From Trypanosoma brucei (lineage: Eukaryota), in NCBI GenBank assembly GCA_000002445.1, contig CP000068.1, forward strand, positions 640,001 to 704,000: a DNA stretch of 64,000 bases, in the 5' to 3' direction. The translations under genes were made by a program, and so were the position numbers. The notes under the pieces are model-generated. The model was not told the origin of the DNA. It made no database searches and saw only the letters and a program-made list of their open reading frames with translations. Below, piece after piece: positions 1-10,650 of the stretch. Position 1 is the stretch's first letter. Every line of letters begins with the position of its first letter.

Positions 1-1496
1 ATTAACACCCAGCACGCACCCTCTGTGGCTAGTTGAAGGATGGGTAGATACGCACAGTTTCTTAAACGCAAACTCCGCCGTCTTCCTCATTCGAAACCGT
101 TGACGGCAATCGACCTCATTCACCACACTTCCAATAACGCAGAGTTTTTATTGCGGGAAAGATCAAGCACCTTCAGGTTGCACCTTCTTCCTCCTTCAAT
201 ACCACCAATGCGCATCGGCGATTTCCCTGCTGCCCACGCGCTGTTCCCAGGTTTGTGCATTCGCGACGGCGTCGCCTGCTGTCGCCACGATGCGCACGAA
301 ACCATTTGGCGGAAGCACACCCTCAATGTCACTTCCCCTTTCCCCTGCGAATTCTCACTACACGCACAGGACGACGGTGCCATCGATCCGACACTAATCA
401 AAACGGGGAAACGGAGCTGCCCACTAGGTCGCTTCTTCACCCACGGAAATTTCGAAAACCCTGGCAGATTCCCGCAGCCCCACAAAAATACCTAATAAGG
501 TGCTGAGTTTCTGGTCCCATTCATGGGCAAACATTTTGGGTGGCATTAGTAAGGTATGGGGAATGAATGATTAGTAACAGTATGGGAGGTGCCGGAACAC
601 TTCCTATTTTCGACGCCGCGTCCACAACCTTTGCCAATGGTTCAGTTTCGATCCCAAGGTTTTGGGGTATTTAGGAGGAGCCGTCCCGGTTACACGGCTG
701 GGCACATCCGTCGCCCCACCGAGGGTGCAAGTCTAATTTCCCCACTCAGGGTTTTTCAGAGTGGGAGATTCGATCAAATAGGAGAGTGTCGGCACCCCAA
801 CCCCGGTGCGTGGCACTTTTCCTTCCCTTCCTGACCGCACGCTTGTCCGGCAGCTGTTAAATAAACTCGTCGGGGCTCATCAAAGTAACCCGTTCCCCTT
901 GGACAGAAGCGTAGTCGGTCCCCTTTTTAGATTGTGCTCGTGCGCGCCGCCACGTTGAATCGCACTTCGCCACACGAGGTTCGCCTCCTACGTGTTGTTG
1001 TTCTCTCCCGCAGCGCGAGTCAGCATGCACTGCTGGGGGCACGTTTCTCCAATGTCTTCGTCCTCGCACCAAGGGGTGGGGAGCGTTTCACCATTGCGTG
1101 AAAACTGACCTTCCGCCAAAAACCTCTACACATTAACATCTTCATGAGGGCTTCCGGTCATAACCGCCCGCCCACCCGAAACGCTGAGAAGGGATTGGGA
1201 TCGAGCATATCTCTGGACCGAGGGTCGATTCTGGTGCACTCTGCCCTTAAATATGTAGAAAAAAAAAACGCGCACAAAATAAAATTAGCAAAGTTGGCGT
1301 CGCACGAACCGTTTCCGTGACATTATTTCGACATCGGCGCGCATCACTGCGCAGTTTATTCCGCACGGAGAAAAACAAGGAGGAGGAAGCATGCGAAAAG
1401 CCATCGGCTCGCTGCGCTGTTGCAATGTGAGTTATGGCAAACACCAACGTGCACGTATAGAGGATCGAAAGGGACATGCAATACCGGTTTGTTCAT

Positions 1497-4106
1497 TTAA
1501 CCTTCGCGGCGCCGGACTACGGCAAAAGACGGCCTTCCATGAGAACAGACGCTGTACTGGCCCACGGCCCTCAATGAATCAACTAACAGTTTTGCGTGCT
1601 CATCCTTGATGCGGTCCCCAAACATTATGGCACCGCGGCAAGAGCGAGTGACGAAGAACTGCAATACAGCCGATGGTATTACTCTGAATTCGTGGTGGCG
1701 CCGGTGTCGTTCACAATTATCGCCCTCCGGGGTGTTCGTGGCGCGGAGGGCGGAAACATGTGATGCAGGGAAAACTGCTGCAATCTCTTCCAGCGTTTGG
1801 CGAAGAGCACAAACGGTGTCTAGCACAAGCCGGTGCCCCTCCAAAGTGAGACAGGGCCATTGTGTAATGGTATCAAAGAGTTTCCTCGGACATGGGGTGT
1901 CCGGAAAATCGATGGTAGCTTCTGGAAAGCAAGCCAAATTTGGTTGCGGTGTGTTGTGTGAGAAGCGCCAGCCCCAACGCTTGAGAGCACCCTCATAAGC
2001 AGCAACGCAATGCCGCATGTCATGAGGTATTTTTACGGGGAAGGTTGTTAAAGACGGTTGCGGCTCCACATACGACTCTGCGTGGGCCAGGAAGTATTCG
2101 AGGCGCAAGCGCTCATGAATAGCGTGCTGATCTGTGATGAACAACTTGGGGGGGATAGGCGAATGTCGACTTTCGGTTGCTGTTGCTCGTGCGGATGGGA
2201 GCCGCTGTTCATTGCACTCTGTCGACGCAGTGTCGTTCAATCCCGCTGCATCGCCCGTGTCAAGCAAGAGAAACTTACGATCCCACTGCGCCAAAAAATG
2301 ATTACCACGAAACGGACAAATAATCGGCTCGTTCTCGTCCGGAGCTTCCCCTCCCCTCCAAACAACGGGGCAACGGAATATCCGGGGCACAATGCACGAC
2401 GGTTTCGGTGCAACTGGCATGGCGGTACGGGCCCGCGGGAGGGTATCAGCCGAGGGCACTGGCTTCATCAACGTATATGGACAGAAGGGCGTCCGGCGGG
2501 GGACCGAGGCAGCGGCGGCATTGATTCCCCCGATTGCGCGACTTGTTGCCGGGACGGAAACTGTGGACGCGAGCTGTCTGGCCAAAAATGACACTCGCAC
2601 CCCAGTGGCCACTGCATTGTGAGACTCTTTACCTTCGGTTTTTGTGAGAACTTTTCTGACGGTGGGGAGGTCATCTTCATCCGAGCCGCGTTTGGGGTTA
2701 TTCCCGTTTGCTCTATGGGGAATCCGACCGACACCTGGAACGTGCTGCTGCACGACCGCCTGAAACATCCGTTTGAGCTGGGCATCCCTTCCCTCCAACA
2801 GCTTCCCGTCCACGAAGACAAATAGGGGATGCAGTGATTTAGGGAGCGTTGCCAAATGACGGTACACGCGGTGCCGTTCATCAACAACGTAACATTCACC
2901 GGAGACCGGGTCCGCGGACAAAATAAGTACGGAACCAAGGCAATTGTAAGCGTGTCTGCAGAGACCGGTACCGACGTGCGTTTCACAATGCGGCGCATGA
3001 TACACCATAGCAAACTTGGCACGTGCTACAACAACTTCTCGAAGGCACAAAGTTTCCGCGTTGTTTCCAAGTCCCAACGCCACGGCCAACTGGCTGAGGT
3101 GCGGCAGGAAAGCTTGCAACAAACGGTAAACGGTAGAAAGGGTTTCCGATTCCCCACCTGCGTGGGCGTACTCGCGCTTCCGTTTGACCAACGAATCTAC
3201 CCCCGCCCCATCGCCCGATCTTGAAGCCCCTATGAACACTACACTGGCTGTATCGTATGCTGCTCTTCCCCCCTCGGCGATGACATCGCTTAGGCGAAGG
3301 TACACTGAGGTGGCCCGACGCCCCCCTCCCTGTGGTAAGAGATAAAAAGGTGCCAAGATCCGCTCCGCGGCCACGCGATACGCAACCATAACCACTGCCT
3401 GCCGTTCGCTTCGCATCCGATTGTTGAAACCCCCGCGTGATTGGAGTGCAATGCGGCGTCGCACAGGCATGTTGCAGAAGAGGCCGATAACCTCACACTG
3501 TAACTTGATCAGTGAGGAACATTTGGCGATGCGGTCGGCACACGAACATCGACACCACTGTTCAGCTCGTTCTCCAATGGGGATAAGAACTTCCGACAAA
3601 ACGTCTTTCCCTTTCAGTGGTGAACAAGAGGTCCAGCGACCTTCGTAGAGCACGCATGCGTGATGCGGGGGCGAGGGGACTCCAGCACGCGAGCGCTCTG
3701 CTAGAACTTCGACATTAACTCGCAACTTAACCTCTTGACTTACCACTGTCAAATGCGCGAGGGAAGCGGCATCGATTGCGTCGTCGCCCTCGAGCGATAT
3801 TTGTTTAACATTTTCGACTCTACTACAGCATGGGGGGAGCTCAAACAGCAGATCCAGCAGAAAGTTTAGGTCGCGCGGGTCCGCCACAACCCGAATGTGA
3901 CGCGCCACACTCCCTACACCGAGCAAGCGAAGGAATTGATACGCAGCTTCCACAGCAACAGCGAACGTCGGCAAATAGTGCGCAGCGCGTACTCTCGCTG
4001 CGTCAAATGCACCCAATGGCTCAATGGTGGTACATATACCGCGTTCCGGTGTGCATGCAGACGGAGGAAATGGGGATCCTCCGCGAAATTTCGTTTCCAT
4101 CAGCAT
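1497..4106 (-). CDS. Hypothetical protein (869 aa), no confidently recognised domain
   Basis: 2.6-kb uninterrupted ORF on the strand shared by the neighbouring genes. Only short ORFs lie on the opposite strand. No motif I can name with confidence. Confidence 0.5.
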   Translation of the reverse strand: MLMETKFRGGSPFPPSACTPERGICTTIEPLGAFDAARVRAAHYLPTFAVAVEAAYQFLRLLGVGSVARHIRVVADPRDLNFLLDLLFELPPCCSRVENVKQISLEGDDAIDAASLAHLTVVSQEVKLRVNVEVLAERSRAGVPSPPHHACVLYEGRWTSCSPLKGKDVLSEVLIPIGERAEQWCRCSCADRIAKCSSLIKLQCEVIGLFCNMPVRRRIALQSRGGFNNRMRSERQAVVMVAYRVAAERILAPFYLLPQGGGRRATSVYLRLSDVIAEGGRAAYDTASVVFIGASRSGDGAGVDSLVKRKREYAHAGGESETLSTVYRLLQAFLPHLSQLAVALGLGNNAETLCLREVVVARAKFAMVYHAPHCETHVGTGLCRHAYNCLGSVLILSADPVSGECYVVDERHRVYRHLATLPKSLHPLFVFVDGKLLEGRDAQLKRMFQAVVQQHVPGVGRIPHRANGNNPKRGSDEDDLPTVRKVLTKTEGKESHNAVATGVRVSFLARQLASTVSVPATSRAIGGINAAAASVPRRTPFCPYTLMKPVPSADTLPRARTAMPVAPKPSCIVPRIFRCPVVWRGGEAPDENEPIICPFRGNHFLAQWDRKFLLLDTGDAAGLNDTASTECNEQRLPSARATATESRHSPIPPKLFITDQHAIHERLRLEYFLAHAESYVEPQPSLTTFPVKIPHDMRHCVAAYEGALKRWGWRFSHNTPQPNLACFPEATIDFPDTPCPRKLFDTITQWPCLTLEGHRLVLDTVCALRQTLEEIAAVFPASHVSALRATNTPEGDNCERHRRHHEFRVIPSAVLQFFVTRSCRGAIMFGDRIKDEHAKLLVDSLRAVGQYSVCSHGRPSFAVVRRREG

Positions 4107-5465
4107 GCTATCCTGTAATAATGTGCCTGGGGATGGAATTTAACAGTGAAATTGGGGTGAGAATGCGAGTACAAACACCAAGGCGGAACGATTACTTATT
4201 TAGGAGGCAGAAGGAGCAAGTCATCCGGTGATGTGACCCTTCCCCCTATTAACCCTTCACCGCTTTCATTCCCAGTAGGGGAAGGATTGTGCCGGTAGCA
4301 GCTTCACGCCGACCACACTTTCGCACTCACCCACTAAAAACTCCATATACTGAAGGGGTGCGGGGCTGATTGAAAAAAATCGCTATTGCCCCCATATCGC
4401 AGTAATGCGTTCCGGAACAGTTTTACTAGAGAAAAATCTAATATCGATAATACCACGCCGAACTCTAGCGAAAACAATAATCATAAAACACGGCTCGACC
4501 ACCGCAACGCGCGGCCCGACGCTCCGCCAAGAGGGGTGCAAGTTCCCAGGAGACGAACGGGGCCCAGGAACCACCGGAACAAATGGAAAGCCCACCCCCC
4601 AAATATCCAATGTAGCCCAAGCTCCCCCAAACTACATGGATACGCGTTTCCTCGGCGACCAATCATGCGTCCACCCCGGCGTCCGCCTTGAGGCGTGGGT
4701 CTTGATCACGAGGCTCGCCTGGCAGTTTAGCCAGCGCTGCGGGATCCTTGTTCTCCCAGCTTCCGGGAAAGAAAAAACGGACACCGAAGATGGTGAGGAA
4801 ACCCGTTCCCCTCAGTGTCAGAGAATGAAAACAACGCTTTGGTACGTGTGACAAGTGATCCTTTTGGTAAAACACGAAGGAGAGGGCGGTCGTGGCGTTT
4901 TGTCTGCTGCGACCCGGGCCCCCTCGCCTGTCTCGAACTGTGTCGGGCTTGGGAAGGAGGAAGGGCCAAATGAAGCGAGACGACCCAATTTGTTAGCGGG
5001 TTCTTCTGGGGTTGGCCAGATGATGTTTCTGGTCCAAGTCGCGCAACCACAGTGGCATCAATGCTGTGAGCCTTGCTTTAGACAGTTTGTCAACGATTGG
5101 CACGTGTTAGATCGGATCAGGTACGGCAGATACAGCGTTTTTCCTAGGGGCTAGTATCTCATCTTCCTAGAATGCCCCAATTTGTCGCAGCCGTCTACAG
5201 AGGGTAGGCTCTCACCAAGGGTTTTAACGGGGTGGATTGAGGAAGGAGTTTGAGCCCAAATGCAAAAAAGCAGAGGATGTGAGGTAGGGATGGATTTCTA
5301 CGGAGAGTAGGGAACCGAAGGAAGACGACCTGCAACGGTAAGCATTTGTTGCTTCGCTGAGTATAACAATCAAAGCGCAGAAAACGTTTGGAAAAGAGGT
5401 GAAGCGCAATGTTGCGCAGTTTGCCCGCGCTCCGTTCACTCGCGTCGGTCGGCTACCCATGCCCT

Positions 5466-6719
5466 TCAACCGCCGTCGTGGCCCCGTCTCTTGCGCCGCC
5501 GATCGTTTTCCCTTAGCTGCAATTCATCAAAGTGGCGCTCCGCCACCTCATCGGCCGAGGGCCCCACATCATCCTCTTTGAAAGCCAGAGTTGCTGGGGG
5601 AGCCACGCCATCACTCTCACCATCTCCCCGTTCCCTCAGCTCCCGCTCCTTCCGCCTCGTTCGCGCTATGTTCAACTTTTTCTTCAGTCTTTCTGCCTCA
5701 TGCTCCGCTTCTTCCACGCTGTCAAAAAGCCCCGTACGGTTAAGCAAGCGGTGTAGACGGACGTTGCATTCGTAATCGAGCGCCTTCTTTTGGGTCTGCC
5801 ACATATGGCGCCGCTCTTCCACATCAACGCCTGTAAAGGCGAGTCGATACTCATGAACTTCGGCAGTGCACGTCGCCCCATGTTTGCCGTGACTCGGCGG
5901 GTAGTCCTGAATGCGAAAGAGCGCGCGCATGGGCGCCGTGTGGTTCACCAGAATGCTTTTGCACAAGCTCGTTATGCTTATGCCCAACCAGGTGGGTGCT
6001 ACATGTGGTGGGAGAAAGCCAGCAAAACTTGTGACAAACTGCGCGGAGAGGGTAATGACTGTAAAAACACCCCACGCTCCAGTCACATATCCCTTTCCTC
6101 GCCGAATCCAGGCGTCCAATCCGTCACTGAAGCCCATGCGTCGCTGCAAGTGGTCCCGTATGCTGATGAGTGTGAGGGTGGCAGCGAAACAAAGAGTGGG
6201 GTCAACCACTGTGCCCATTAGTCGGAATGACAGAGGAGATGTAACGGAAACGACGGCGAGGTGGTCACTGAGTTGTTGCGCGGGAGAACAGAAACTGTAC
6301 CACGTCATCAAAACTGCGACAGCATGGGGAAGGACAAGGCGAACGTTATCAACATGATGGCTACGAAATATGCGATTACGATCATTTTTTAGTTTCTGCG
6401 CCGCAACCTTCTTCTCCCAAAAAATAGCACGCGGGTGATCAACGATGGTTTTGTACTGCTCGTGTGCCTCCTGCAACTCGGGAAGCGCACACGCCGCGCG
6501 GGCAACGCAGCGGTCACCGTATATGCTGGCTGCGAGAGAAATGAATCGAAACACGACACCGCCAACCAATAACACACCGAACACATCGTGTATACTCAAG
6601 GCGTTCGCCGCGAAGAGAGCTAAGTTAGCCAGAATAGTAGACGTTGTTCCTATGCGACGCCTCACAGTGCAGCGAAACATTTGTAATCCACTATTCGACG
6701 CGCCCCGTGAGTTGTCCAC
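5466..6719 (-). CDS. Hypothetical multi-pass membrane protein (417 aa) with charged, coiled C-terminal tail
   Basis: Several ~20-aa hydrophobic stretches (e.g. ILANLALFAANALSI, VLLVGGVVFRFISLAASIYG, WGVFTVITLSAQFVTSFAGFL) followed by a K/R/E-rich C-terminus. Same strand as the cluster. Confidence 0.5.
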   Translation of the reverse strand: MDNSRGASNSGLQMFRCTVRRRIGTTSTILANLALFAANALSIHDVFGVLLVGGVVFRFISLAASIYGDRCVARAACALPELQEAHEQYKTIVDHPRAIFWEKKVAAQKLKNDRNRIFRSHHVDNVRLVLPHAVAVLMTWYSFCSPAQQLSDHLAVVSVTSPLSFRLMGTVVDPTLCFAATLTLISIRDHLQRRMGFSDGLDAWIRRGKGYVTGAWGVFTVITLSAQFVTSFAGFLPPHVAPTWLGISITSLCKSILVNHTAPMRALFRIQDYPPSHGKHGATCTAEVHEYRLAFTGVDVEERRHMWQTQKKALDYECNVRLHRLLNRTGLFDSVEEAEHEAERLKKKLNIARTRRKERELRERGDGESDGVAPPATLAFKEDDVGPSADEVAERHFDELQLRENDRRRKRRGHDGG

Positions 6720-7809
6720 TTATGGCTGCAACGGAACGTTCTCCCCGTACCCGTTACTTTCTCTCGACCGTGCCGAGAACACCCTACACCACCGAGAATT
6801 GTTTTGATTGACGGTAGAAAGCGAGTCAAAAGATAAGAGGACGGAGGTTTATAATGACATACGGGCGCGGCAAAACACACTACCGGTGCACAATTCCCCT
6901 TACCAACAATAGAGATGGGAGTTCATATAACGAACTGTACGCAGTGGCGAAGCAATACCTGGAATCTCGAGACCAATGAATGTGAGAACATTTGTCTATA
7001 CACAAACCGACACATTAATGGGCGCGTGGAAAGGGAAAGTTGAACACAAAACAAATGGATATATGGGGGAGTAGGTGATTTGACACATTTTCGTGGGAGG
7101 AGAAAGAACTTGGGTAGAATGGGAAAAAATACAAATGGAAATCAGTGTACGAATCGATCAAGTTTCACTGTTTTCAATCGCAGGGTCCCTGCGTCCAAAG
7201 GTGTCCTAAGCTTAAAATTCATCACATCAAACTGTTAGCTGCAGCAAAAAGCATCGTATATGCTGAGGTAGACAGCCGTTCAAAGGGGGGAAAAAGGAGC
7301 GAAGGTCATTCTGGAGCAACGTCGCCGACATTAGGACCATGCATCAGATCCCATAATTTCTCACACACTGTTGTGAGGTGTCGGAAATGGAGGTTCAAGA
7401 AAGTTTCAAATGTAAAATAACTAGGGGAACTGCCGTAAAGAAACTAGATAGGATTGAAAAAGAGCACCATTGTTGTTGCATATTGCAAAGCACTGCAAAG
7501 CGGAGAGGGCGCCAGTTCAATAAATCATTTGGCGGTGAACACAAGTAGGCGGAAGTATAGAGGGCCTTACGGTAAAGGGGGGGGTGAAACTTCACAAGCC
7601 CGCGGTAAGAGTGGGCAAAAAGCCATACCGCCGTGCCCCATGATAGTGTATTTGTACCGTCTCCGAAGAAAAAAGAGAAAAAAAACGTATTTTCCTGTTG
7701 GAAACAGAACCGACAAGATTCGTGCTGGTGTGAGTTCCTCCCTACCGTACAACCCACCGTGTCCTTTTCCATCAGGGAAGAAATGAGAGAACCCGATGTT
7801 TTGTTTCCG

Positions 7810-8793
7810 TTAAATGCGGTTAAGTAAACAACGGTTGAGACCTTCGTGTAGAAGCCGCTCCCTCTGCTTCATATTGTCCCGCCATCGACAGCGCTCGTTA
7901 GCCGATACACTACTGCCAACACTACCGCACTCGCTCGCCGCCTCAACGAGCTCTTTTCCAAAAGGGTCGCTCAAACCGCTTGGCGTCGCGTTTCCCGGTC
8001 CAGAAGTAAGCAGCTCATCCAGCACAACTCGAGTGTCGGACGTCGGCAACGTGTCTATGCCACACGTGCCCATGCTGCGCCTCGTCATGTCTTTCGCGTA
8101 AAAGAATCGCATGGCTTCATCATCGCTTTCACTACCCTCCAGTGAGCAACAATTCCTCTCAACGCTCAGCTCCTGCGACAGGTTTTTCATCTCGTTGCTT
8201 AGCAACTCCAATGGTTCTGACAACAGCTTCCGCACATCCTCCAACTCCTTTGCGATCATTTGCCGAGCTTCAGCATTAATCGTTCTTTTCTCCTCTGCTA
8301 CCTCATCACTGGTTGGATCCCTCAGCCCCGCCGCCTTCGCTAGGGTGTCTGCACCGTGCAATATTTTTCGCGCCTCATCAGCAAAACTCTGGCGCTTGCG
8401 TGACCAATGGCAAATCGCTGCAACACGCCTCTGCTCAACAGCGTTCAGTTCCTTGTCTATGAGCAACACGTCGCGCCTGAGTTCCTGCAGCCCCTTCAAC
8501 TTCTGTTCTCGCTGCTGCTTCAGGTGCTCCAGCGCCCTGCCAAGGGCCAGCATGTGCTCTGCCCTTGGTTGCTCATATTCATCCCGTAAACGTTGAAGGA
8601 GGGTGTTTGCATTACGAAGAAGCGCGGAGGGAAAGTATTGCGTTGCCAGAGAAAGCGGAATGCGACTGTGCCCGGTGTGTGGTCCAACCAAGAGGGACAA
8701 GGCACTACAAGAGGTGTGGCAGTTTGTGCAATAAAAATCCTCAACTTCACCGGGGAATAACGGGCACGGGAAATAGCGTAGTGCCGCCATCAA
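7810..8793 (-). CDS. B-box-like zinc-finger / coiled-coil protein (327 aa), hypothetical
   Basis: N-terminal Cys/His cluster CTNCHTSCSALSLLVGPHTGHSRI resembles a B-box. It is followed by long heptad-like E/K/L/R-rich segments (LKQQREQKLKGLQELRRDVLLIDKELNAVEQRR). Confidence 0.5.
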   Translation of the reverse strand: MMAALRYFPCPLFPGEVEDFYCTNCHTSCSALSLLVGPHTGHSRIPLSLATQYFPSALLRNANTLLQRLRDEYEQPRAEHMLALGRALEHLKQQREQKLKGLQELRRDVLLIDKELNAVEQRRVAAICHWSRKRQSFADEARKILHGADTLAKAAGLRDPTSDEVAEEKRTINAEARQMIAKELEDVRKLLSEPLELLSNEMKNLSQELSVERNCCSLEGSESDDEAMRFFYAKDMTRRSMGTCGIDTLPTSDTRVVLDELLTSGPGNATPSGLSDPFGKELVEAASECGSVGSSVSANERCRWRDNMKQRERLLHEGLNRCLLNRI

Positions 8794-9180
8794 CGCCGCC
8801 TTTAAAGAGAGTATCTAGGTGCGCGTGTATATGTGCGCGTGGGTTTATAGGCTTAAATCTATCTTTTTTCTATGATTCCAACAGCCAGCGCCGTTGTTCC
8901 TCTCGAATCTAACGAATGTAAGGCCTCGAAAGTTAAGTAGGAGAGAAAAATTAAACAACAGCTATAATAAGGGCAGTGAAGTAAATTAAAGTGAGGTGTC
9001 AACCTAAGTGGACGTTGCGTTGGCACGTGGGTAACGGATACAAAGGGTTGCATGCACGCTCAGCTACAGCGCAAACGCTATAAGCGCCAGGTTACTGCGG
9101 TCAGTTGTTAACACCTCTCTTTCTCTTGCACTCTTTCAGGTTTTAGACGACAGTCTTCACCGAAGCAGCTAAGTAAAAAA

Positions 9181-10290
9181 CTATCGAGTCCGCTCTCGCT
9201 TACGCCCCCCACTTTTCCTCCCTAAATCGGCACCATCAACAACCACATCACGCGAGGCGGTGGAAGCACCTGTCCCCCATTTTCCACTACGATGCACCCA
9301 ACTAATGCGTGTTACTCGGACGGGCATACCCAAATCGCTCGGTCCCTCCCCAACGACTTCTGTTGACGTCGACCATTTGTATGACCCCCGCATCCGCAAT
9401 AGCGCTTCCTCCATTGTTTCGTTTCCCTCTGGTCCCACCGCACTGTTGGCAGGTGGTGGCAACTTCGCATTCTCCTGCTGGAGGAGATTCAAGAAATCCC
9501 CTTCCACATCATCCACTCGTTGCTCACAAAAGTTTATCACTTCACAACGAGGGTTCGCTGCTAGTATTTCCGACAACGTATATAACAACTGTGGCCAGCT
9601 TTTCGGGTTTCCGTAGAGGGCGTCACAGAGTACAACAAGGTCTACATGATCGAGCAACCGCTGCATTTCGACGAATGCGGGAGAGGGTAAGAGGTACGGT
9701 GAGCGCCCTCTCTCGTTTTGTGCGCTCGGCACGTCTGCATTTGAAGAATGTTGCCGCGCATTATTAATTTTGACCCGCTTAGCATTATGCTTTTGCTTCA
9801 CCAGAGGCGGCGGACCCCACCTCCAGGTCATTGCAACACAACTTCCCTTTCCATTGCTTCGTGAGAGAATTCTCTCCTTATTTAACTCAATATTCTTTTC
9901 CATGAGTGGCACAAGTTCCTTCATGTCAGTGATTACCACGCGCGCACCCGCCATCGCGAGCCCAATACCCAAACAGCCGACCCCCGCCCCGAGCTCCACC
10001 ACATGACACGCCTTGTCGTGGTTCTGGAGGACGTGTTTCTGCAGGTGGCCCATCGCAACTGAGTTGCTGTTCCACAACACGGCACCGAGTTGGTCTTCTG
10101 CATCTTCCAGGAGGTGCTGCAATTCGGGTTGGACTTTCCCGCCTTGTCCCACCTTGTGGTGCAGTTTCTGAGACTCCGCGGTGTTGTCGCTGCTCTCACC
10201 GTCGTCCTGCCCTTCTGGCACGGCCCAATGTATAGTGGCTATATTGCCAAACGGCCCTTCCACCTCTTTCACGACCCATTGGAGCATCAA
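9181..10290 (-). CDS. Class-I SAM-dependent methyltransferase, METTL21/FAM86-like putative protein-lysine methyltransferase
   Basis: Motif I VVELGAGVGCLGIGLAMAGARVVITDM and post-motif DLVVLCDALY, typical of the Methyltransf_16 family (established family signature). Confidence 0.7.
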   Translation of the reverse strand: MMLQWVVKEVEGPFGNIATIHWAVPEGQDDGESSDNTAESQKLHHKVGQGGKVQPELQHLLEDAEDQLGAVLWNSNSVAMGHLQKHVLQNHDKACHVVELGAGVGCLGIGLAMAGARVVITDMKELVPLMEKNIELNKERILSRSNGKGSCVAMTWRWGPPPLVKQKHNAKRVKINNARQHSSNADVPSAQNERGRSPYLLPSPAFVEMQRLLDHVDLVVLCDALYGNPKSWPQLLYTLSEILAANPRCEVINFCEQRVDDVEGDFLNLLQQENAKLPPPANSAVGPEGNETMEEALLRMRGSYKWSTSTEVVGEGPSDLGMPVRVTRISWVHRSGKWGTGASTASRDVVVDGADLGRKSGGRKRERTR

Positions 10291-10650
10291 CTGTGAGAAG
10301 CCTTAACGGCCTACGTAGGATAAGTACAGAGAGAGATGAGGTCAAAGGAAATACCCTTCGAACAAACTATACCCGAACATGAAGCAGCCTTTCTTCACAC
10401 GAGGAGTGTTTAGTGGTGCCGGCTGCGGGACTCGCTGACGGACTGAGGGCCTCAAAAGAAAGGACCAGTGAGTCTCTCTCAACATGCTGTTAGCAATTAA
10501 ACAACTCTTCTTTAGGCAAACCTAACTAACGAGACGGCGGATGGGTCTTAATCTACTCAGTCCACCGAACGCAACAACCAAAGGCAATGCAGCCCATTTA
10601 CACTTACATGTACCACTTCCCGCACACGAGCTTACTGCACCTGCCTTACA

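Noticed and set aside
40-495. 151-aa plus-strand ORF at the window start, and the overlapping 121-aa minus ORF
   Set aside because: Short, low-complexity, with no motif and no strand consistency. Probably intergenic or 3' flank of the 869-aa gene.
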